From contig JAKVAQ010000039.1 of the NCBI GenBank assembly GCA_022447665.1, positions 1 to 44,576 of the forward strand: a DNA stretch of 44,576 nucleotides. Reading direction: 5' to 3'. Every line of letters starts with the position of its first letter. The first letter of the stretch is position 1. Source of the stretch: Crocinitomicaceae bacterium (GTDB lineage Bacteria; Bacteroidota; Bacteroidia; Flavobacteriales_D; Crocinitomicaceae). The notes beneath the pieces were generated by a model that did not search any database, was not told the DNA's origin, and saw nothing but the letters and a program-made list of their open reading frames with translations. The translations under genes were made by a program, and so were the position numbers. This document shows, piece after piece, positions 37,341 through 44,576 of this stretch.

Positions 37341-37829
37341 CTAGGTGAACCAGAAAGATGCGAACCACGCAAAGTTCACGAAGCAAATTGGAGTATATAT
37401 TATATATGGCGTCAGTGGTTCTGAAGATTTAATTCGTTTGGTCGCCAAGAGAAATACAGCTATGGTTGCAGGCACTATTCCTAACAACAAGCCGAAACCT
37501 GAATAAGGCCAATGTACAATTCTCCATATCATAGGGTAAAAGCTCAGGATTCCCAGTGCGAGGATTAATAACTTATGTAAAGTATCATAATCTTTTCTGA
37601 GAAGGAAATGCAGCAAAAGCATGATTAAACCGCCTACCCAAATTATGAATCCCAAACTAACTAGTGTCTTGCTAGCGAACAAATAACGGAATCCAAGCCA
37701 CATTATTAAATATCCAAAGAAGACAGCCCCTGTAAACAGTTTGGTGGAAAGTCTCTCCTTCTTAAGAGAATATATCCAACCAACTAATAAAGTTATAAGT
37801 GTGAAAATGGCTACGAACATAAAGCGCAA
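37341..37829 (-). CDS. membrane protein, hypothetical
   Basis: Transmembrane helices. Confidence 0.45.
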   Translation of the reverse strand: MRFMFVAIFTLITLLVGWIYSLKKERLSTKLFTGAVFFGYLIMWLGFRYLFASKTLVSLGFIIWVGGLIMLLLHFLLRKDYDTLHKLLILALGILSFYPMIWRIVHWPYSGFGLLLGIVPATIAVFLLATKRIKSSEPLTPYIIYTPICFVNFAWFASFWFT

Positions 37830-37889
37830 CTATTAATAATTACTTCGGCTAAAATATAAAAGTGGAATAGTTAGACAAGGTTCTTTAAT

Positions 37890-38420
37890 TCAGTCCTTGT
37901 TGGTCAGGGATTTTTTATCCTTCTTTGAAATTAGTTTGGATAAAAAACTAGGGAAAAATAATAATGAGAAACCAAGTGTAATCTTTAATAAAGGAGGAGT
38001 CAAGTAGAAAAAGTATAATTTATAGGCATGTGGTCCCATTCCATCAGGATCTGCAATACTAGTAAGGAATATGGCAGAGATAATATCGTTTATTGAAAAG
38101 AATAAAATGATAATACCAGCAGTTTGAAATAACATTTTTTGAAGTTGTGTGCTTTGGATATTTAAGTTTCCTGTTTTTTCTAAACCCTGAATATTCAGTT
38201 TATTAATAATTATATCAGGTTTTAAAATGAAGAACCTGCTACCGATTAAATAGACAACAACCCTTGTTAGTCTTCCTAAGAACAAGATTTTATTTTCACT
38301 TCTAGAGTCTGTTAACCAGGATAAAGAATCTATTAACCCTGTAAGGTTTTCAAAAGCTAGAAAAATTAGGTAAACTCCAAATAGCTTTAAAACTATTTCT
38401 ACTAATTGTTTATTATTCAT
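37890..38420 (-). CDS. membrane protein, hypothetical
   Basis: Start moved to the internal ATG (MNNKQ); the longer track ORF begins at a TTG that lies inside the conserved upstream motif. Confidence 0.45.
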   Translation of the reverse strand: MNNKQLVEIVLKLFGVYLIFLAFENLTGLIDSLSWLTDSRSENKILFLGRLTRVVVYLIGSRFFILKPDIIINKLNIQGLEKTGNLNIQSTQLQKMLFQTAGIIILFFSINDIISAIFLTSIADPDGMGPHAYKLYFFYLTPPLLKITLGFSLLFFPSFLSKLISKKDKKSLTNKD

Positions 38421-38437
38421 TTTTGTTGTCGACCTAA

Positions 38438-38458
38438 GTTTAGCTAAAAATAGCCAAT
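38438..38458 (-). promoter_or_regulatory. conserved 21-nt upstream motif (copy B)
   Basis: ATTGGCTATTTTTAGCTAAAC on the minus strand, 17 nt upstream of the 38420 start. Confidence 0.4.
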
Positions 38459-38460
38459 AA

Positions 38461-38946
38461 TTAATAGCCTTTGGCTTCAATGAGCTCTTTAAATTTTAAG
38501 TAATTATCATTTTTACCCGTATCCCGCCATAGCCATATCACTATGCTACCTGATAGCAAATAATCACTTTGCTCAATATTCACCCTATCATCTTGTAACT
38601 GGTTCCAAATTAATTTAGCTGAATTCTCAGATTCTGTTTCAAGTGCGAATACACCAATTTCTGCTCCATCTGTATAAACCGAAAACAGTCCAGCAACAAC
38701 TTTTTTTCTCAAGGAATCAACTGATACCAATGAACTCGTAAAACAATTTAAAAATTCCTCTTCAGAGGATATGTATGGGTTTGATTTTGCATTACAAGGT
38801 AAATCTTCATCAGCCTCGACATGAATTAATTCACAACTCTTTGGCAATTGGTCCGACTCTAAAATCAAATCCTCAAGTTTTAATTTTGATTCTACGCTAC
38901 CAGAAAATAGTCCTGCAAAAATTGATATTATTATCAGACTTCTCAT
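38461..38946 (-). CDS. secreted hypothetical protein
   Basis: Signal peptide. Confidence 0.45.
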   Translation of the reverse strand: MRSLIIISIFAGLFSGSVESKLKLEDLILESDQLPKSCELIHVEADEDLPCNAKSNPYISSEEEFLNCFTSSLVSVDSLRKKVVAGLFSVYTDGAEIGVFALETESENSAKLIWNQLQDDRVNIEQSDYLLSGSIVIWLWRDTGKNDNYLKFKELIEAKGY

Positions 38947-39010
38947 TACTCTATTTGTGATTCCTCATGACGTTTGACTAAAAGTAGATAATTTTTGAAA
39001 TTGGTAACAA

Positions 39011-39063
39011 GTGTGCTGGTAATTAAGTGTGGGCGTTAGCTTGAGATACTGTGTTAGGCACAG
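39011..39063. repeat. small GC-richer repeat family, copy 1
   Basis: gtgctggtaattaagtgtgggcgttagctt...tgtgttaggcacag; about 80 percent identical to 42105-42157. Confidence 0.45.
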
Positions 39064-39516
39064 TTATTCAAGAGACAACAGATAATTTTCAAAAATGACC
39101 GCCCATTTTACCCGATTGGCCACTATATCAAAGGTCATGTACCTGTATTGATTAGCTAATACAATTTTGCAGTAATCTTTTGTTTCTGGAAAAACGAGTG
39201 TCAAAATTAATTCCTCTTGAGTTTGAGGTAAATCAAGGATAATTGATCCTGCATTGCTAGTTGAAGGATTTGTCGCATAGTATTTGTTAGTTATAAGACT
39301 ATCATTTAAGTAAATGTGAATACTGTCCTGAAAGCAACAATTTAATCTTACACCTATTTTCTTTCCAATGTTTGCTGTGTCTCCTATATGTTTTCCTGAA
39401 TCATTATAATGGTAAATTACTTTATGCTCGGAAAAACCTGAAAGGTCAAGTTCTTGTCCAAAGGTACCAATTGTCAAAACCCAAGAAAGTAGAATTAATA
39501 ATAGTTTGCGAGTCAT
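39064..39516 (-). CDS. secreted hypothetical protein
   Basis: Signal peptide; flanked by short inverted repeats gtgttaggcac / gtgcctaac. Confidence 0.45.
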   Translation of the reverse strand: MTRKLLLILLSWVLTIGTFGQELDLSGFSEHKVIYHYNDSGKHIGDTANIGKKIGVRLNCCFQDSIHIYLNDSLITNKYYATNPSTSNAGSIILDLPQTQEELILTLVFPETKDYCKIVLANQYRYMTFDIVANRVKWAVIFENYLLSLE

Positions 39517-39615
39517 ACCGTGATTGTGCCTAACGTTTGAGTAAAGTTAGTGCTTGAGCACGAACCGCGCAAGCGGTGAACTTTACTTATTATGTTATGG
39601 TGTGTTTTTAAGGAA

Positions 39616-40368
39616 TTAAATTTTGATGTTAATGGGCATTTGGAAAGCTCTGGTATTATCCTTATTCACCCTATTCCATTCAGTAATTGAAGAGATTAAG
39701 TTCTTTTCATTGTCCAATGATAACCAAAGGGAGATAGCTTTTTTCTCTCTTTTGCTGAGTTTTTGTTTGGCATTCTTGATGCTTAGAAATTGTAATTTTT
39801 CTTTTTCTGTAAAGCCCCGCCAGCTTTCTAAAGTCGGAAGGAACAAATCACCAATTTTATTTCTAGAGCCTTTTTCTTTTACTTCAAAATGAGCTGCTCC
39901 ATGCTCACTCCTTCCTGTGCTCATTGTTCCACCGCCCTGAATATATAGGTCTACATTTAGTAGCTCTGAAAGTTGATTCATCCTCCTAAAGCCTTCATTA
40001 ATGGTATATTCTCTACCATTTTCTGCCTTGATCTTAAATTGAACTTGAAAGCTAAATCCAGTCGAGTTTCGAATTGCGTATTCATATTCTTCTTGATCAG
40101 AATATGCTACAATTACCATCCAAGTACCATCAGGCAATTCTTTATCAATCTCGAGACGATTAGATTCATCCAATATAAATGAATCAATGACCTTAGCACT
40201 GTGATAGATATCTTCCGTATGGTTCTTGTTGATTTTAATTGTAGTTCCGACCCTATTTTTAATTTTTAGGATGGTATTTATCTCAAAAACGGCTTCATAA
40301 AAGCCAATTTCTTCATGATATCGAAGCATTCGTATTCCAGGAATCAAGACGGGGCCTCTAAATTGCAT
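39616..40368 (-). CDS. hypothetical protein; C-terminal half DUF4160-like (HFHV-type motif)
   Basis: ..SEHGAAHFEVKEKG.. motif, which resembles (from memory) the small DUF4160 family; last gene of a 3-gene operon. Confidence 0.4.
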   Translation of the reverse strand: MQFRGPVLIPGIRMLRYHEEIGFYEAVFEINTILKIKNRVGTTIKINKNHTEDIYHSAKVIDSFILDESNRLEIDKELPDGTWMVIVAYSDQEEYEYAIRNSTGFSFQVQFKIKAENGREYTINEGFRRMNQLSELLNVDLYIQGGGTMSTGRSEHGAAHFEVKEKGSRNKIGDLFLPTLESWRGFTEKEKLQFLSIKNAKQKLSKREKKAISLWLSLDNEKNLISSITEWNRVNKDNTRAFQMPINIKI

Positions 40369-40373
40369 TCGTG

Positions 40374-41156
40374 TTAATTTGGAATTCTAGACTCTACAGT
40401 ACTTAAGAAAGATTTCAAAAAATCATCAGGATTGATGCACAATGTACAAGGAGGGATTACATTCTGTGAGGCCAAATCTATGCTTCGTATAGCATTCAGA
40501 ACATTATGAATCAATTCATCATCAAACCATAAAACTGGGAGAATGTATTTTCCATTGGAAGGAACATTAGCATACTTCGATTTAACTTTTTTCAGAATTT
40601 TGGTTTCCAATTGCTTGTTGATCAATTCTGGTGTGTCTGGTTTGATGTGAATATTAACGACATCTATGTGAAGTTTGGAGCCATTCTTGTCGACAAGGAG
40701 AAAATCAGCACTTTTCCCATTTTCCATAGGACTCTCAAAATCTTCAATTTCATAGTTTTCATCTGAAATTAATTTCTGGATTGCCAGCATTTCAGCAAAC
40801 CAATTGAGGTAACAAGGATTAGGGTTTTCCGGTGTGACAGGATCAAACTCTGAAACCATAGTTCTCAGACTTGAAACGTATTTATTGTTGAGGTTCTGAG
40901 GGATTTTGGTGCTAATGTCGGCACATGTTTCATCAATGAATGATAAAAAGGATAATGCAATTTGGTTTTGTAATTCAGCCTGACCTAATAGAATTGGAAT
41001 AGACACTTCGGTTACATCATCAACCTTGGCAAGGTCAATTTTCTTTTCGAACTTGGACTGCAATTTCTTCCAGAAAGATTCATTCTCTCCGATTAAGTTA
41101 TAAATCTTTGGAATATGCTTCTTCGCAAATTCTGAAATCAGTTTAATCTCGGACAT
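40374..41156 (-). CDS. hypothetical protein
   Basis: ORF track; 5-nt gap to the downstream gene. Confidence 0.45.
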   Translation of the reverse strand: MSEIKLISEFAKKHIPKIYNLIGENESFWKKLQSKFEKKIDLAKVDDVTEVSIPILLGQAELQNQIALSFLSFIDETCADISTKIPQNLNNKYVSSLRTMVSEFDPVTPENPNPCYLNWFAEMLAIQKLISDENYEIEDFESPMENGKSADFLLVDKNGSKLHIDVVNIHIKPDTPELINKQLETKILKKVKSKYANVPSNGKYILPVLWFDDELIHNVLNAIRSIDLASQNVIPPCTLCINPDDFLKSFLSTVESRIPN

Positions 41157-41158
41157 AT

Positions 41159-41968
41159 TTAATCTAATCTCGTTAAAACGTCTTCCATGGTATAATGGAC
41201 AAATTGTTTACCTAATTCAGTCAGTTCGTATCCATCATTATCGTCAAAGGCTGATTTTAGAGTAGAACTTTTAGGTTTTCTCGAAGTCTTCGTCACAAAA
41301 TTGCCATAGTAATCTCTTTCCCTGAATTGACGGATAATGCCGCCAGTGCTTAGATCACGAATTAGCAGTTTGAAAAGATCTGCCTCTAAAGAATCCTCAC
41401 GTGGTCTTTGGTCGCTAATGTTGTCCCAAATACCGCCTCTGGTTATTCCTTCGTTTTGATAAATTTCTTTTATAACAGCAAAATGAGATTCATGATAATC
41501 ACGAATCCAATCAATGTATAGTCGAATCAAGGCGTCAGCAGAAATAATAGATGATCCTGCATTAGAAAGCAATTTTTTAATGTAGATTCTTTTTTCCTCG
41601 GTCTCAGCATTATCCCATTCCTTGAATCCCTTTTTTACTAATATTAGATACTCTTCAGACTCCAGTCTTTGTTGAGAATCATGACCAAAGGACTCCATTT
41701 TTTCTAAGATTTCGAATAGAGTTGGAATCAGTTCCTCAATCTTCTTTTCATGTTGTTCTAACCACAACTCATGAAATTCATTGATCTTTCCTTGTTCACG
41801 TTCGCTTTTAATTGATGCATATCCGCTGAGCAGTCCACCTACCCAAGGAATACTGCTCATGGCTGAAAGAATAAACCTTTGAGCCCGTTTTTTTTTGCTG
41901 ACATCATCAATTTTTGATAATCCCGCTTTGACTTGCTCCATTGTTTCTATTTCCTTCTTGGTTGCCAC
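41159..41968 (-). CDS. hypothetical protein (GTG start)
   Basis: ORF track; 2-nt gap to the next gene; preceded by the conserved 21-nt motif and a GC-rich element. Confidence 0.45.
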   Translation of the reverse strand: MATKKEIETMEQVKAGLSKIDDVSKKKRAQRFILSAMSSIPWVGGLLSGYASIKSEREQGKINEFHELWLEQHEKKIEELIPTLFEILEKMESFGHDSQQRLESEEYLILVKKGFKEWDNAETEEKRIYIKKLLSNAGSSIISADALIRLYIDWIRDYHESHFAVIKEIYQNEGITRGGIWDNISDQRPREDSLEADLFKLLIRDLSTGGIIRQFRERDYYGNFVTKTSRKPKSSTLKSAFDDNDGYELTELGKQFVHYTMEDVLTRLD

Positions 41969-41986
41969 TTTTTAATACACCATAAC

Positions 41987-42007
41987 GTTTAGCTAAAAAT
42001 AGCCAAT
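41987..42007 (-). promoter_or_regulatory. conserved 21-nt upstream motif (copy C)
   Basis: ATTGGCTATTTTTAGCTAAAC on the minus strand, 18 nt upstream of the GTG at 41968. Confidence 0.4.
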
Positions 42008-42104
42008 TTTTCAATTTGACGCGCGAAGAGGGCTGGTCAACCCGGACACTGGACGTGCCCGCCCGTGAGTGGGCTACCCCGTCATAAGTGCGCAAACAGA
42101 AGAG

Positions 42105-42157
42105 CGTGCTGGCTAAAAAGTGTGGGTGTTGGCTTTGTCTAGTGTGTTAGGTTTAGT
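42105..42157. repeat. small GC-richer repeat family, copy 2
   Basis: gtgctggctaaaaagtgtgggtgttggcttt...tgtgttaggtttag. Confidence 0.45.
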
Positions 42158-43178
42158 TTTACTTGTTCTCAACAGAGAAATCATATACGTCAATAGATGT
42201 CAATGAGGAAGTGAAAATTCTAATGTCTTTAATAAATTTTGACTTTAAATCAAAGTCGCCAAACCCTTTCCCATTTATAGAAATAGAACCGCTGTAACCG
42301 TTTACTAGGATATTAAACTTATTTTTTTTCTCATAAAGTTCATCACTGATGATTTCGTGCTCTTGAAGTTGATTTGAGCAATGAAAAGAAAGGGATTTAC
42401 TTTGTGAAAGTCATATTTCCAGTTGAAACAGTTACACGAATTATTTCAATAAACTAAGTTCTAAGAAAAGTCAATACTTAATCTCTACCGGGCTTATTTA
42501 AGTAAGATTGTTATAAGTCCGGTTTAACAATTTTGAGCTCAGTATTGATTCGAGTAATCGCAAGAGTTCGTATTCAACCAACAATTTAATTAGAAACAAT
42601 CATCAATTCCTGGTAGTATTCAATAAGCAAGTGAGGTGTATCCTGAGACTGGGAATAATCTAATTCTTCATCATAAAGTAACCAAACACTACTCTTTAGT
42701 TTAACCCTTTCAAAAATCCAGTAACCTCCTTCTGGAGCAGCATCATCCAAATGCCATGAACAACATAAGTCATTTTCGCAAATGTTTTGACCAGCTATGT
42801 CCAAAAAAGGACTTACACGATTATGACTATTCGATTTTCTAATGGATAGTAATTTGATACTAATTTAATTTATTGACTCCCTTCGACAAGATTGGTTTTA
42901 AGAGAAATAACCAAATTTTTCAACTCGTTTTTAACAATCTAGAAAATATGCTTTTTAATTTTTTATTTGCGGACTTAATAATAATCTCTGGTAGAAATCG
43001 CAAACAAATATGATTCCATGCTTTTTAAAAAATTGTGCCCTTAATTTGACAATAATAATTCCTAGCGTTAAAAGCAAATTAAAATCTTAACCTGATATAT
43101 GATATATACCAGATAATCTAGACCCTATGCTCTGTTAGGAACATTAAGTATTGATATAACTAATCTTAATTATAAAAC

Positions 43179-44135
43179 TTAGAACCTGAAACCTATCTGA
43201 ACATTAGCTCTTAAAGTATGGTCGCTTAAAATAATATCGTTTGACCAGGTATCTACTTTAAAAGGATAAATAAGGCGGTACGAAAGAACTATATTTTTAA
43301 AAATACTATGTTGTACGCCAATAGTTGGGGTAATTCCAATACTGGTATTAAAATATTCGTCGCCGGATGTAACATAACTGCGTTTGTCAAAATAAATAGC
43401 AGGCGACAAACCTACAAACCAACCATAGCCTACTAATGTTGAAAAAGACAAATAATATTTTACACCAAAATCTTGGTAATACATTGTGTGCTCTCTATCA
43501 TATAGAGAACTATAACCTTGGTAGTACGTTATTTCTGAAATTCCTGATAGTTTTCTATTAAAACCATATTCATAAGATAAATTGTAAAGATTTCCTTCAA
43601 TGGCCGAAGCTGACAAAGCATACATTATAGGATCAATTTTTATAATATGTGGATCTTTTTTTCCTGCAATCTCTACCCGAATTCCACGCAAAGTCATCCT
43701 AAGAGATTTGAATTTAAATTGAGAATATATGGGAACTTGAGGATAATATGCCTCAGGATTCTGTCTATAAAAGTTATACTTAAGAGTATTGTACCTGTTG
43801 GTATAGCTACCATACTGATCATTTGAAGTATAACTTCTTAGATATTCTGAATTTTCAAAAACGAAATTTGTTTGGGTACCATTTAATTCAGAACCATCAA
43901 TGAGTTTATATTCATAAGGGTACCATATTTTAAATGTTCTATTTAATCTTCTATTCGCTCTTTTTACACCCCATTCTGAGCGGTAAACTTTTCCTTCTTC
44001 AAATTTTACTACTAATAATGTATCATTTTCTAGACTATCTGGAAAGCAGCCTTTTTCTGCCGCAGCATCCCATAACTCTTGTGAATAAACAAAGGTAGAC
44101 ACCAGAACAAATAAGGATGCAATTAAACTTTTCAT
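43179..44135 (-). CDS. outer-membrane beta-barrel protein, hypothetical
   Basis: Signal peptide, alternating amphipathic pattern, C-terminal ..IGFRF ending in an aromatic residue. Confidence 0.5.
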   Translation of the reverse strand: MKSLIASLFVLVSTFVYSQELWDAAAEKGCFPDSLENDTLLVVKFEEGKVYRSEWGVKRANRRLNRTFKIWYPYEYKLIDGSELNGTQTNFVFENSEYLRSYTSNDQYGSYTNRYNTLKYNFYRQNPEAYYPQVPIYSQFKFKSLRMTLRGIRVEIAGKKDPHIIKIDPIMYALSASAIEGNLYNLSYEYGFNRKLSGISEITYYQGYSSLYDREHTMYYQDFGVKYYLSFSTLVGYGWFVGLSPAIYFDKRSYVTSGDEYFNTSIGITPTIGVQHSIFKNIVLSYRLIYPFKVDTWSNDIILSDHTLRANVQIGFRF

Positions 44136-44156
44136 TTTTTTGGGTTAATAAAGTTC

Positions 44157-44576
44157 GGTGCAAATGTAATTAACTAATCAGTTAAAAAAAGTATGATATC
44201 ATTAAGTTATTATCAATATTAGTTTTTAGCTGGATTAGCTTAGCTCCAAAAATAAATTTTCAAAGATGCTTCTAACATAGAACTTGTTTTTGAATAACAA
44301 ATCGTTTTTCGGTTTAGTCTTTTAAGATGAGTTCTTAGAGTTAAATTCTTTCTCTCGATATAATTAGTGCCACGCTTCTTGATACTATGAAGTTCAAACG
44401 GAATAAGTGAGCGATAATTTGGAAAGCGATCTGTATAAACTTTCTTTGGATTTAACAATAAAACAGAAGTAATTACAGGACGCATCGTCTTTTTGCTTCT
44501 ATTACCAATTCTAAAATCAATTACTTCACGCGTGTCTTTTCTAATGGCATAGGTAATCCAAACTCTTTTGTTTTTA
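44157..44576 (-). mobile_element. partial IS1-family insertion sequence (one end plus 3' part of the transposase gene)
   Basis: Candidate terminal inverted repeat GGTGCAAATGTAATTAACTAATCAG at 44157 (IS1-like GGTG...TTACTGAT) followed by the transposase C-terminus. Confidence 0.4.
44240..44576 (-). CDS. IS1-family transposase, C-terminal part (gene continues beyond the window edge)
   Basis: ..VWITYAIRKDTREVIDFRIG...TNYIERKNLTLRTHLKRLNRKTICYSK.. is collinear with the IS1 InsB C-terminal region ([24 protein letters not shown]). Confidence 0.6.
   Translation of the reverse strand, partial: KNKRVWITYAIRKDTREVIDFRIGNRSKKTMRPVITSVLLLNPKKVYTDRFPNYRSLIPFELHSIKKRGTNYIERKNLTLRTHLKRLNRKTICYSKTSSMLEASLKIYFWS

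Noticed and set aside
41907-42095. ORF 41907-42095 (contains NWLFLAKRYG)
   Set aside because: Its N-terminal part is just a translation of the conserved 21-nt upstream motif. It overlaps the real gene start at 41968.

Overview
This window is low-GC DNA that looks Bacteroidetes-like: the lipoprotein signals have Cys followed by S/D/E-rich segments, and promoters are AT-rich with no Shine-Dalgarno sequences. It contains five notable blocks.

1. A dense plus-strand tRNA array at about 2167-4137. It holds roughly 9 reasonably canonical tRNAs (Ser-TGA, Ser-GCT, Cys-GCA, Tyr-GTA, Pro-TGG, Glu-TTC, Gln-TTG, His-GTG and a type-I TAG species). These are interleaved with tRNA pseudogene fragments, direct duplications of tRNA 3' ends, and four over-long tRNA-like genes carrying 48-55 nt internal insertions. 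The array is flanked by an SPFH/Band-7 protein gene.

2. A putative NrtR-regulated NAD/ADP-ribose processing island at 9322-16873: NrtR, NADAR, a Macro domain protein, a DUF4291-like protein, KptA/Tpt1, a 2OG-Fe oxygenase, a metallophosphoesterase, a nucleoside-deoxyribosyltransferase-like protein, NadV and a Prs-like phosphoribosyltransferase. It has repeated ACRCAAAT-type palindromic operator candidates and one ORF interrupted by an in-frame TAA.

3. A long run (about 5.6-41.9 kb) of small membrane proteins, lipoproteins, YD/MORN-repeat proteins, a SUKH/SMI1-KNR4 immunity-type protein, a DMP19/DUF4375-like protein and a serpin-like lipoprotein. This looks like an immunity/accessory gene island, punctuated by a conserved 21-nt upstream motif (three copies) and a small GC-rich repeat family.

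4. A compact three-gene operon of unknown function at 39616-41968.

5. A partial IS1-family element at the right edge, inserted about 20 bp upstream of an outer-membrane beta-barrel gene.

No rRNA and no CRISPR array were seen. All calls rest on reading the sequence and ORF translations by eye; no database search was run.
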